Shown here: piece after piece, positions 37,590 to 49,003 of the stretch
Numbering within the stretch: position 1 is the stretch's first letter
How the letters are laid out: every line of letters starts with the position of its first letter
From: Squalus acanthias
Taxonomy: Eukaryota
Direction: 5' to 3'
Assembly: GCA_030390025.1 (NCBI GenBank)
Contig: CM059431.1
Coordinates: forward strand, 149,298,001 to 149,362,000
DNA: 64,000 nt
The notes under the pieces: model-generated
What the model saw: the letters and a program-made list of their open reading frames with translations, nothing else
Told to the model about the DNA's origin: nothing
Databases searched by the model: none
Made by a program: the position numbers and the translations under genes

Positions 37590-38200
37590 ATTTATATTTA
37601 TTTGTTCTCAGGATATGGGGGACGCTGTCAAGGCCGTTATTACTTGCCCATCCCTAGTTAACCATGCGAAAATGGTGGGCATTCATCTGCAGTCCGTGTG
37701 TGGTGAAGGTGCTCCCACAGTACTATTACGGAAGGAATTTCAGGCTTTTGACCCAGTGACGATGAAGGAACGGCGATATATTCGAAGGCTACGGTCGTAT
37801 AGTCGTTATATTGCTGGACTAGTAAACCAGATACCTGGACTGAATGATCTTGTAGTTCAAATCCCACCAGCTGGGGAATTTTAATTGAATGAATTTAACA
37901 ATACTGGAATAAAAAGCTAGTTTCAGTAATGGTGACAATGAAACTAACGGATCGTCGTAAAAACACATTTAGTTCACTCCTGTCCTTCAAGGAAGGAAAT
38001 CTGCCGTTTTTACCCATTCTGGAAAAAAATGTGACTCCAGACACACAGCAATGTGTTTGACTATTAACACCCTCTGAAATGGCCTACCAAGCCACTCAGT
38101 TGTATAAGACGGCTCAAAATCACTTTATCCAGGGCAATGAGGGATGGGCAATAAGAGCTGGTCTTGCAAAGACGGCCACATTCCAAGAATGAATGGAAAA
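37590..38200. mobile_element. Minus-strand LINE 3' piece (37590-37780) abutting a plus-strand tRNA-derived SINE (about 37790-38200) with the same tail
   Basis: B-box-like GTTCAAATCCC. Tail GGGCAATGAGGGATGGGCAATAA (about 38132) matches the LINE end at about 56660; an inverted copy lies at about 37640-37662. Confidence 0.6.
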
Positions 38201-38231
38201 ATGATGATAATGATTTATAAATGGTGATAAT

Positions 38232-38970
38232 GGCCCAGAAATTGATCTCGCTCTGTTCCCGCGGGGGTAAGGAGCAGTCGCGATCTCTCACTCCGCGTTG
38301 GCTTTTTCAGATCCAGCTCGCACGAACTTGATGTTCTAGACATCAGCTGGGCAGTGCTTGCGTATCCCACCGGCGCAGTGAATTCGTGCGATCTGTGGGA
38401 TCACGTGACTCAGTTAGAGCCAATGGCAGCACACCATCTTCCATTCATAAGTTTCACATACGTGCTGTGAAAGCTATGAATCTTACACCCCCCAAAATAA
38501 CAGCTAAACCTCAATTAAATTAAAAAAAACATCACATTAATAAAATAAGTATAGTTAAATAAGTTAACCATTTTAAATAAAAAATTAAATGTTTGAAAAA
38601 ATTATAAATCTTTTAAAAAGTTATAAAAATAAACTTACCTATCTTTAAAGTCTCTAAAAATGATATACCTGTTAAAAAAAATTCAAAATAATAATTAATT
38701 CTCTACTTAACTTGTTAAAAGTGGGTCTTACTCCTCCTTTTTTCATTTCTAAAATCAGCCGTCCTCACCTGCGCGTCCAAAGCACTAAGTGCACAGCGTG
38801 CTCGCAACCTGTAGCGCGCACGCGGTGCACCGAGGAACCGCCCCCTTTTCCAAAGACCAAGTGCCGGTTTTCAGCGCATGCGCAGTGCATGCAGAAAACC
38901 GGCAATTGGAGAGAGAATACGCGAGAGTACGCAGTGCGTACTCTCGTGTAGCGGCATCAATTTTTGGCCC
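38232..38970. mobile_element. Non-autonomous TIR DNA transposon (MITE-like, possibly PIF/Harbinger), copy 1
   Basis: TIRs GGCCCAGAAATTGAT / ATCAATTTTTGGCCC with AAT on both flanks; second copy at 49004-50154. Confidence 0.7.
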
Positions 38971-38983
38971 AATGTTGTAACCT

Positions 38984-39322
38984 TAGCCGCCATTTTTGCG
39001 CGGGGCGACAGTGCCGCCATCTTGCTGCAGTGCACCGGAGCCGCCATCTTTGTTAGGGGCGCTAGAGTCGCCATTTTGTGCGGGGGCCGGTGCCGTCATC
39101 CTCGTGCGGAACGTGGGTTCCACCATCTTGGTGCGGGACAACAGAGCCGCCAACTTTGTGCGGAGCCAGGGGCCGACATTTTTGTGTGCGGTAAAGGAGC
39201 AGCGATCTTTGTGCGGTCCAACGGAGCCGCCATCTTTGTGATGGGCGCCGGGTCCGCCATGTTTGTGGGAGGCACCGAGACAGACATCTTTCTGCGGAGC
39301 GACGCGGCCGCCATCTTTGTTA
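38984..39322 (+). repeat. CpG-rich ~27-bp tandem array (about 13 units) built on GCCGCCATCTT
   Basis: Units start at about 38986, 39013, 39040, 39067 ... 39307; seven keep CGCCAT. Confidence 0.85.
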
Positions 39323-39392
39323 TGTAAATTGCCCCGCAGGCGGGCGGGCGGCCCGGGGGAGAGCGGCTCCCCGCAATATCAGGCCCAGGAGC

Positions 39393-40291
39393 AGGGGCCA
39401 TACACGAAACATCCGTAAGACAAAGGTCCTCTACCAACCTGCCCCGCCAAACAGTAATGCCCCCCGATTATCACAATCCACAACAAGGCCTTAGACAACG
39501 TGGACCACTTTCCATACCTCGGAACAAGGGCTGACGTCAACGACGAAGTCCAACACCGCCTTCAGTGTACCAGTGCAAGCTTCGGTCGCCTGAGGAAGAG
39601 AGTGGTGGAAAACCAGTATCTCAAACCCGGCACTAAGCTCATGTTCTACAGAGCAGCAGTGATAACCGCCCTGCTGTATGTCTCAGAGACCTGTACCATG
39701 TACGGCAGGCACCTCAAAGCACTGGAGCGCTACCACCAATGCTGCCTCCGCAAGATCCTGCAAATCCATTGGCAGGATAGGCGCATCAACGTCAGTATTC
39801 TTGCTCAGACCAACATCCCCAGCATCGAAGCTTTGACCACACTCAATCAGCACCAATGGATAAGTCACATTGTCGGCGTGCCCGATGCGAGACTCCCAAA
39901 ACTAGCGATGTACTCGGAGCTCTGACACAGCAACAGAGCCCCAGTTGGGCAGAGGAAACGCTTCAAGGACACCTTCGAAGCCTCCTTGAAAAAGTGTAAC
40001 ATCCCCACCGACACCTGGATTCCCTGGCCCAAGACTGCACAAAATGGAGGAGAAGCATCTGGGAAGGCGCCGAACACCTCAAATCTCTTCGCCAGGAGCA
40101 AGCGGAAGCCAAGCGCAGGCAGCGCAAGGAGCGCACGTCAACCCAAGCTACCCCACCCACCCGCCCCTTCAACCACCGCCTGCCCCAACTGTGACAGAGA
40201 CTGTAGGTCCCGCATTGGACTCATCAGTTACCTGCAAACTCATTTTTAACGTGGAAGCAAGTCATCCTCGTTCCGAGGGACTACGTAAGAA
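39393..40291 (+). mobile_element. RTE-clade LINE 3' portion
   Basis: ORF 39500..39925 (FPYLG..DEVQHRL..FGRLRKRV..TKLMFYRA..CLRKILQIHWQDR), C-terminal CPNCDRDCRSRIGLISYLQTH zinc finger, AAGAAG tail. Confidence 0.88.
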
Positions 40292-40389
40292 GTAAATTAC
40301 CCCGCCGGCGGGAGGGCGGCCCGGGGGAGAGCACCTCCCCGCAATACCAAGCCCAGGGAGCTCTCAGGCGAAAAAGTTTCCGCATCAAA

Positions 40390-41290
40390 TCATCCTTTAA
40401 TGAATTTTACAGTAAGAGTGAAGGGATATTTCGCTACATTCTTCAACTGCTCTCTGAACTTAGTCTGGGTCATGGCATAAATCCCAGTATTTGTGCAGCA
40501 ACTCAGCATCTGCAGCATCAATCCCAATTCCATTAGATAAATAGGTGGATGTACAGAACCATAACCAAAAAAACATATCCGGGCCCATATATAAAACAAC
40601 GTAAAGATTGCCCATAACAGGATGAAGTTGCCGGAGATAACAAGCAGTAAAATAATAGATTTCCTGCGGCTCTCCATCTCTGGGTCTCTAGGACTGTCCC
40701 CACTGCTGGGACCCCGGAGTCTCCTGCGGGCTCTGCTGGACACTAATATGTGTCTGACGGTGACAGCATTGAGCAGCAGAATCACAACAAATGGGTCCCC
40801 GCGGTGAGAATATAATGAAGAAGCTCAATTGTTCCCCAGACCGTTGAATACACAGAATCCACTGTTACACCACAAAACCAGGGCATGTTGAAAAGCATAT
40901 ACAAATCTGTGAACATAAAATACCAGAAAATGTTCTTTGTACCGCTCAGCACAGTCACTGTTCCCAGAACCTCAGCCGCCGTTTTCTGGGTGCAATATTT
41001 AGTTGTCAGCTTCTGGTGACAAATGGCCACAAATCGATCAAATGTGAAAGTGACAGTGAACCAGACAGAACAGTCTGTGACTGCATAAAGCAGGACGGCA
41101 TGGATATTACACACGGGGATGGACTCCACGAAACTAAACTGTTCCCTAAATACAATCGGAATCTGCCTCAACATCAGATCAAGGATAACGACCAGCAGAT
41201 CCGCCGCTGCCATGGCAACCAGGTAGCGAGCGACACATTTAGAGAGACCGCACTTTCCCCGGGACAGGATCACAATCGTCACTAAGTTTA
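40390..41290 (-). pseudogene. GPR139-like: Second coding exon (end of TM1 to TM7 and stop) of a GPR139-like GPCR, with one -1 frameshift at about 40795
   Basis: Acceptor TTTCCCTTGCTCAAAG|TA (phase 1). NLVTIVILSRGKCGLS, YLVAMAAADLLVVI, TFDRFVAICH, then in a new frame ILLLNAVTVRHIL..RRKSIILL..SCCTNTGIYAMTQTKFR, TGA at 40390. With the 53.5 kb exon, 181+901+1 nt = 361 codons. A sequencing error in the C4 run is possible. Confidence 0.88.
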
Positions 41291-42604
41291 CTTTGAGCAA
41301 GGGAAATAAACGGGGACATTATACATCAGGCTGGGAGCAATAGCAGCAGATTGAAGGAATTCGGGGAGAAATCTGCAATGCATTAGTGACATTCAATGAT
41401 ATAATCTAATTCTATTACCCATGAAGCTGAATACAATGTTTATTGTAAGAATAGTCGGAAATACATTGTGGAATTAATAAATGAATCGGGGATAACAATA
41501 ACATGAAAGTAACAGATGTTTGATCAATGAGAGATTAGATGATAGCTCTACATTTAGCCCAGCAGACAAAAGCACCACCCGAGGTACCAGGGACACAAAG
41601 GATCAGAACTTCTCAGGAAGCCTTCGTGTCGCGGGATCAGTCAGCATTTGGAGCGGTGCAATTCGCCTCACTGCCCCTGTGTTAGTGAGGGGGAAATCCC
41701 GCTTAGATTCATGCTCCTGGTTAGAATATCTATTACATTTAGAACTGAAAATGAATGCAACGGCAAAATACAGAAACTGCAACCTTGGCGTGCAATAAAT
41801 ACTGTCAATTGCATTTAAAATGTATGGCTGTAATATGCAAGTGTAAGATAATAAATACAAGCGCACTGCAGTTATAAAGATAACTGGGTGTAAGAAGTGT
41901 TTAGAAGAGTGAGTTTTCTGCAGTTTTGTTGAAATACTCAAATTGTGGCTCATTGAAAGGAAGATTTTGCAAGTAACATTGCAAGGACTGGAATCTGAAA
42001 TAAAATAATTAGTTATCATTGACCAGGTAATAACCCACTAAATGTATTTATTTACATCATAATCAGGCGACTCATCCCACAGGCAACAAGCCGTCGAAGG
42101 CGTTCGGAAAGTATCTGAACACAAATGGAAGAGATTTATCCTTCTACTTTTTCACCTGTTGGTTTGCAACTTATGAAGAGAATATTAGTCGAGAAAATAT
42201 GAAAGGATTTCCTTATCCTCAGTACTTCAGTTCCAATCAGCTGGGGTTGTTTTTCGTGCAGCACAGCAGGAGACAATAGAGAATCACTCTGGTTCTCACT
42301 GAGAGATCCACTGAACTGTGTGAGGTGGGCATGGGCTCCAATTGTACATTCAAAACAAAGTTTGGAAATAAACGCATTGAAATATGGCTGACTGAACGTT
42401 TTCTGAGAATGTAAGTTATCATTGTAATCCTATTCTAACCTTCAGAGGCAGAGCCACTGATGCGGAGCTGGAGATGTTGGGAAATGAGACACTGACTGAA
42501 ACTGAATGATTAGCGGATATTTCAGACATTTAAAGATGTGGATGTGATCTGCCAGGATTCGTTCCTGTGACTCTGTGTCAGTAGCCATACCGAGCATTCG
42601 GTGA

Positions 42605-42750
42605 AAACAAAAACAAATTAATGCGGATGCTGGAAATCTGAAATGAGAAATTAAAATGGTTTAAATACTCAGCAGGTCAGGCAGCATCTGTGGAGAGAGA
42701 GAGAGAAATAACGTTTCAGGTCGATAATCTTTCGCCATTACTTGAAAATT
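42605..42750 (-). mobile_element. Penelope family A terminal fragment (decayed hammerhead)
   Basis: Reverse complement resembles 20010-20135 (GACCTGAAACGTT..CTCTCTCCACAGATGCTGCC). Confidence 0.7.
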
Positions 42751-42993
42751 CTCCTCAACCAAGACAACATTCTTCTGATCGGTTACAAATGTTCAGTGTA
42801 GATAGCAGAACGGAATTATTTCAGCAAAGAGTCTCGTGCAATATATTTTCTTGAGATGAATATAGAAAATTGAATCTTGAGAAAATGTAACTCCTTTCGA
42901 ATCCATGATGTGGAGATGCCGGTGTTGGACTGGGGTGGAGAAATGTGAGAAGTCGCACAACACTGGGTTATAGTCCAACAGCTTTATTTGAAA

Positions 42994-43030
42994 TCACAAG
43001 CTTTCGGAGCGCTGCTCTTTCATCAGGTGA
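42994..43030 (-). ncRNA. Minimal hammerhead ribozyme motif
   Basis: Reverse strand reads UCAC-CUGAUGA-A-AGAGC AGC GCUCC-GAAA-GCUU-GUGA. Confidence 0.65.
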
Positions 43031-43373
43031 AGTGAAGAGATGTATATCGGCACAGCATGTATAGTCAGAGAACACTGCCAGATGATTACAGTTAATCTTT
43101 CTCACTGCCCTCGGCAGAGAGATAATCACGGCAATCCAAGGTGTGGATGGTGTAAAAACAGGTCAGTCAGGAATAAATTACATCAAAGACAATGAGTTGG
43201 GGTCACAAGGGGTCAAATGTGGCAGATGCTGGTGTCTGTATGGAAAACAAAAAAACTTTTAGCGGGATTATCTCTCTGCCGAGGTGTGATAAAGGGGAGT
43301 TAGAAAGATTAACTGTAATCATATGGCAGTGTTCTCTGACTATATATTCTGTGCCAATATGAATCTCTTCAAT

Positions 43374-43410
43374 ACACCTGACGAAGGAGCAGCGCTCCGA
43401 AAGCTTGTGA
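43374..43410 (+). ncRNA. Minimal hammerhead ribozyme motif (best preserved copy)
   Basis: ACAC-CUGACGA-A-GGAGC AGC GCUCC-GAAA-GCUU-GUGA: perfect 5-bp stem II, stem I CAC/GUG. Confidence 0.7.
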
Positions 43411-43737
43411 TTTCAAATAAAGCTGTTGGACTATAACCTGGTGTTGTGCGACTTCTCAGATTTGTCCTTTAGAATCAACAGCCGGCAGCTGTCAGATGGG
43501 CTGGGGAATGAAAAGGAGGGAAATACAGTAAAACATGATATATAGAATTAAAAGCTGGATACAGAGACTTACCAGGGATACCGATAGCAGCGAGGATGTG
43601 CCAGAAATTTTAAACAAGAACACTTGCATTAACAAAGATGCAACAACTTGAAACACATAATACCATTAATAACTGAGTATGCCACGGTAAATAGGAAGAA
43701 TAATATTACAGAATTAATAACTGGCCATGTTACTTAA

Positions 43738-44623
43738 TAGGAACACTAACAGCAGCGAGAAGGGGCTAGAAAATGTTTTGTATATCCTCCCCTCCCCTTT
43801 CAGCATTCCGAAGGAACCGCACCCTCCACAACACGCTGGTCCACTCCTCAATCACCCCCAACATACACTTCCCCTCTCCTCGGCACCTTCCCGTGCAAGC
43901 GCAGAAGATGCGACGCCTGAACTTTTAACTTCTCCCTTCCCACTGTGCAGGGCCCCAAACACTCCTCCCAGATAAAACAGCGATTTACTTGTACTTCTTG
44001 CAAGTCAGTATACAGTATTCGCTGCTCAAGTTGCGGTCTACTATACACTGGGGAAAACAAATGCAGATTGGGTAATCGGTTTCTGAACACTGCCGTTCAG
44101 TTGGACTCGTGACTTCGAGCTTCCGGTCTCCTGTCACATAAATTATTTGCTCTCCCTCCCACTCTGACCTCTCTGTCCACGGCTTGATACAGCGTTCCAA
44201 TGAAGCTCAATTTAAGCTCGAGCAACAGCACCTCATCATTCTATTGGGCACTTTACAGCCTTCTGTACTCAACATTCAGTTCCGCAATTTCAGATCATAA
44301 TCTGGCCGCTGTTTTTTCAGGCGGCAGCTGCTGATGTTTCTACCATCCACATTTGCAACATTTAACCACTCTTCCTTTCCACATTATCACAGGCCATCAC
44401 TTTTGTTCCTTCGTTCCCTCACCCCCTTTTCCCAAAACCTGTACTTGCTTGAAATCTTTTACATCTCTCGCTTTTTCCAGTTCTGAGGAAGGGTCACAGA
44501 ACTGAAACGGTAACTCTCTTTCTCTCGCCACAATGCTGCCTGACATGCTGAGTGTTTTCACCATTTTATGTTGTTATTCCAAAGTATTATTGTTAACTGT
44601 CACTGTTCAAGTATACTTTCCAT
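43738..44623 (-). pseudogene. Destroyed GPCR first exon split by a Penelope fragment
   Basis: 5' part has ATG at 44623 (MESILEQ*QLTIILW). 3' part 43738-43786 reads DIQNIF*PLLAAVSVP with a dead donor (A|TTAAGT). Upstream 44680-44740 resembles the 5'UTR/TATA region of the intact exons. Confidence 0.65.
43787..44578 (+). mobile_element. Penelope family A 3' fragment (GIY-YIG remnant, degenerate hammerhead at about 44479-44515)
   Basis: Colinear with about 19220-20110. Confidence 0.85.
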
Positions 44624-44749
44624 AGAGATCCACAAACTCACGACATCCCTACTGTGTGAGGCTGGTGGCCTTTTTGCTGGAGGCATCGCGCTGATTGTAT
44701 GAGGTCACAGAGTGAAGGGAGCTACTTATTTAGAGCAGAGGAGGGCGTT

Positions 44750-46020
44750 TCCAAGGGGCCCCAAGATTAAACCGCTCCCGCCTCAGTACAGAAAATTGAC
44801 TCCCAGGGACGCCAAGATAACACTGCTCCCACCTGAGTCCAGGAATAGCATTCCCTGGGCAGCCTAGATTACACTGCTCCCGCATCAGTCCAGGAATATA
44901 ATTCCTAGGGACACCTGGATTACACAGCTTCCGCCTCAGTCCAGGAATATAATTCTTGGGGTCACCAAGATTGCACTGCTGCCTGCTCAGTCCAGGAATT
45001 TCATGTTGAGGGCCCACTAGATTATACGGCTCCCGCTTCAGTCCAAACATTTCATTTCTTGGGCCAGCGAGATTACACTGCTCCCATATTATGCTAGGAA
45101 TTTTATTCCCAGGGCTGCATCGATTACACTGCTGCTGACTCAGTCCTCGTATGTGATTCCGAGGGATGCCTCGATTTCACTGCTGGCGCCTCAGTTCAGG
45201 AATTTAATTCCCAGGCCAGCCAAGATTGCACTGTTCCTGCCTCAGTCTAGGAAATTAAACACCTGGGCCGCCTAGATGAGAATGCTCCCGCCTCAGTTCA
45301 GGAATTTCACTCTCAGGGCGCCGACATTACACTGTTTAGAACATAAGATCATAAGACATCGGAGCAGGAATAGGTCATTTGTCCCCTAGAGCCTGCTCCG
45401 CCATTAAATAAGATTATGGCTGATCTGATCTTGGCCTCAACTCCACTTCCCTGCCCACTCTCCATAACTGTTGACTCCCTTATCGTTCAAAATTCTGTCT
45501 ATCTCCACCTTAAATATATTCAATGATCCAGCCTCCACAGCTCTCTGGGGAAGAGAATTCCAAAGATTCACGAACCTCTGAGAGAAGAAATTCTTCCTCA
45601 TTTCCGAATTAAAAGGGTGCCCCCTTATACTGAAATTATGCCCCCTAGTTCTAGATTCTACCACGAGGGGAAACATCCTCTCTGCCTCTAACCTGTCAAG
45701 CCCCTTCAGAATCTTAGATGTTTCAATAAGATCCCCTCTCATTCTTCTAAACTACAATGTGTATAGGCCCAAACTGTTCAACCTTTCTTCATAAGATAAC
45801 ATCTAGGTGAGAATGCTCCCGCCTCAGTCCAGGAATGTCATTCCCAGGGCCATCGAGATTACACTGCTCCCGTCTCTGTCGAGGAATTCCATTCCCTGTG
45901 CCTCCTACATAATACTGCTTCTGCCTCAGTACAGGAATTTCATTCCCAGGGCCGACTGGATTACACTGCTCCCACCTCAGTCCAAGAATGTCAATCCCAG
46001 GGCAGACTAGATTACACTAC
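44750..46020. repeat. 51-bp tandem repeat (GATTACACTGCTCCCGCCTCAGTCCAGGAATTTCATTCCCAGGGC..), interrupted by CR1
   Basis: Unit starts at 44765, 44816, 44867; about 11 units to 45335 and about 4 units at 45806-46020. Confidence 0.9.
45337..45800 (-). mobile_element. CR1 3' end
   Basis: ORF 45437..45742 (MRGDLIETSKILKGLDR..NFFSQR..NLWNSLP). Confidence 0.88.
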
Positions 46021-46024
46021 ACCG

Positions 46025-47700
46025 GCCTTTGTCCATGGTCCATGGTGAAATGGGCCGTTACATGGCAGAAAAAATTGAACACAGAGAAGTGTGAAGTGAT
46101 ATATTTTGGTAGGAAGCATGAGAAGAGGCAATATAAACTGAAGTGGGTGCACGATCAGACAGACCTGGGGTGCACTTATGCAATTTTTTGAAGGTGCAGG
46201 ACAAGTTGCGACAGATGCACATCAAGCATGCAGAGTTATTTTTAGAGCTGAGCAGGTTAAGAAACATAGAATAATAGATTCACAGAGCTGTACGGCACAG
46301 AAGGAGGTCATTCGGCCCATTGTGTCTGCACCGGCGCAAAAGGGCTATCCAGCCTAAACACACTTTCCAGCTCTTGTTCCGTAACCTTGCAAGCTGTGCC
46401 ACTTCAAGTGCACATCCAAGTACTTTTTAATGTGATGAGGGTTCCTGCCTCTACCACTCTTTCGGGCAGTGAGTTCCAGACTCCCATCATCCACTGGGTA
46501 AAACTAATTCTCAACTCGCCTCGAATCCTTCTACCATTTAGGTTAAATCTATGCCCCTGACTATTGACCACTCTGCAGAGGGAAATAGCTGCTCCCTATC
46601 CGATCTGTCTAGGCCGCTCATACTTTTAAGCACCTCAATTAAATCTTCCCTCAGCCTCCTCTGTTACAAAGAAAGCAATCCCAGACTGTCCAATCTATCC
46701 TCATAGCTAAAATTGTCCAGTCCTGGCAACCTCCTAGTAAATCTCTTCTGTTCCCTCTCTAGATGTGGCCTAACTAGTGTTTTATACAGTTCTACCATCT
46801 CCTCTCTTTTGTTATATTCTATGCCTCGGCTAATAAAGGAGAGTATCTGTATACCTTCTTACCCACAATATCTACCTGTCCTGCTATCGTCTGGGATCCA
46901 TGGGCATGCACTTCAAGGTCGCTCTGTTGCTCTGCATTTCTCAGTATCCTACCATTTATTGTGTATTCACTTGCCTTGTTAGCCTTCCGCACTTCTCCAG
47001 ATTGAATTCCATCTGCCCCTTTTCTGCCCTCCTGAAAACTTCCTGCAGGCTACAGCTTTCTTCCTCACTATCAACCACATGGCCAATTTATGTATCATCT
47101 GCAAACGTTTTAATCATGCCCCAAAATTGAGGTCTAAATCATTGATGTCTACCACAAAAAGCAAGGCACCTGTTACTGAGCGCTGCAGAACCCCGCTGAA
47201 AACAGTCTTCCAGTCACAAAAACACCCATCGACCATTATCCTTTGCTTCCTGACACTGAGCCAATTTTGAATCCAACTCGGATCCAATGCTCTTTTACTG
47301 TTTTGACCAACCTCTGTCATTTGGGACCTTGGCAAAGGTCTTGCTGATATCTATGTGGATTACATCAAATGCACTACCCTCATCGAACCTCCTCGTTACT
47401 TCATCATAAAATTCAATCAAATTACTCAGACACAACCTTCTCTTGCTTCTCTTAACAGGCTGGGATACATTTCACCGGCCCTGGCGAATTATCGACATTC
47501 AAAGATGCAATATCTCTTAATACATTCTCTGTCTCTATGCTAACCACATCTAATATTTAACATTCTTCCTCTTTAACTACAATGTCAGCATTGACCCTCT
47601 TTTCTGTGAAGACAGACACAAAGTATCCATAAGAACCATACACATGTCTTCCGCCTCCACACACAGGTTAACCTTTTGCTCTCCAATCAGCCCTAATTCA
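46025..47700. mobile_element. Decayed CR1 fragments (plus 46025-46260; minus about 46265-47700)
   Basis: NTEKCEVIYFGRK on the plus strand; WIQNWLSVRKQRIMVDG..SGVLQ on the minus strand. Confidence 0.75.
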
Positions 47701-49003
47701 ACATTGCAGGTAATGACGCATTTAGAAAAGAGAGACAGAGGCAAAAAGCGGAGTCGGAGTAGCTGTACATGTTAGGCATAACATAATGGCAGTAGAAAAA
47801 AGTGACGCAGGTGTCAGCAAGACAGAAATATAATTCATGTGGATTATGATGAAAGGTAATAAAGGATCAATCACAGCAATAGGGTTAGTCAACAGACCAC
47901 CTAATAAGGAAGAGAGATGGAGGAAGAAATATGCAGACAAATTAGGGAAATTAGTAAAAAAAAACACTTAGAATAATAATCATGGGGGATTTCAAATACC
48001 AGATAATAATTGGAAAAATGAGGCAGGTAAAGCGGATAAGAGAATGGAGTTCCTACCATGTGTACAAGAATCCTTTCTCACCCAATATGTAAAAAGCTCA
48101 ACAAGGGAGGATTCTCTATTGGATCTTTTAAGGGGGAATGAACCAGATCAGATAATCGAAGTAAAAGTAGGGGAACATCTAGGCAATAGTGACCATAATA
48201 AAAGACACTTGAAGATAATAATTAAGAATAACATAGGTATGCCAAAGACTAGGGTATTAGATTGGAGAACAATTGATTCTGAGGGGCTGAGATAGGAAAT
48301 TGACAACATCAGCAAATAATGAAGTAGAACAACAATAGAAAACATTTAAAAGTGTTAAAGATAGTCCAGGAAAGTATATTCTGCTGATAAACAAGAACAA
48401 GCAAAACACTAATGAGACACCGTGGAAAAATAAAGCCGCAAGGGAGAAATTGAGCACAAGCAAATCGGCATACATTAAGTACATGGACAGCAGGGGAGAG
48501 TATGATAAGGGAGAATATGGCGGGATATGAAGAGTTGTCAAAAAAACAATTAGGAAGGCATACAGTAACTATGAAATTAAATTATTAAGGAATATAAAAC
48601 AAAATATTAAAATACTTTACAGCCATATCAATACAAAAAGGAAGTTCAGAAAGGGAATAGGACCACTAAGAGATGGAGAGGAATCGACCACCGGCAGCAA
48701 CATAGAGTTGGCAGAGATATTAAATAATTATTTTGCTTCAGTATTTACCAGGGAGATAGAAGAGGTGGAGAAGACCTCGGATGATGAGATTAGTAATGAG
48801 TTAACAGCATTTAAAATAAAATGAAGAGATATACTAAATAAATTAATCAAACTGAAAGAGGATATAACCCCTGATGTCGACGGATCACATCCTCGCATTT
48901 TAAGAGAATCTACGGAAGAGATACTAGAGGCATTACTACACATATTTAATAACACGTTAGTAAAAGTTGTAGTGCGAGAGGACGGGCGTTTAGCTAACAT
49001 AAC

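Larger units (their letters stand above)
42904..43464. mobile_element. Fold-back Penelope-derived element with ~190-bp inverted arms and a TSD
   Basis: About 42940-43128 is the inverse of about 43266-43466; flanked by TCCTTTCGAATC (42892) and TCCTTTAGAATC (43465). Confidence 0.85.

Noticed and set aside
38878..39437. 149-aa and antisense ORFs with AAIF or KMAA repeats
   Set aside because: By-products of the 27-bp GC-rich tandem array.
40390..41290. True GPR139 orthologue or olfactory receptor
   Set aside because: It lacks OR motifs (MAYDRYVAIC, KAFSTC). Orthology cannot be shown without a phylogeny, so it is called GPR139-like only.
41520..42422. ORFs 41520..41798, 41603..42019 and 42237..42422 as extra exons or genes
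   Set aside because: No recognisable motifs; AT-rich intronic sequence.
44479..44515. Functional hammerheads at 44479-44515 and about 42708-42745
   Set aside because: Stem II/III or core positions are mutated; kept only as decayed copies.
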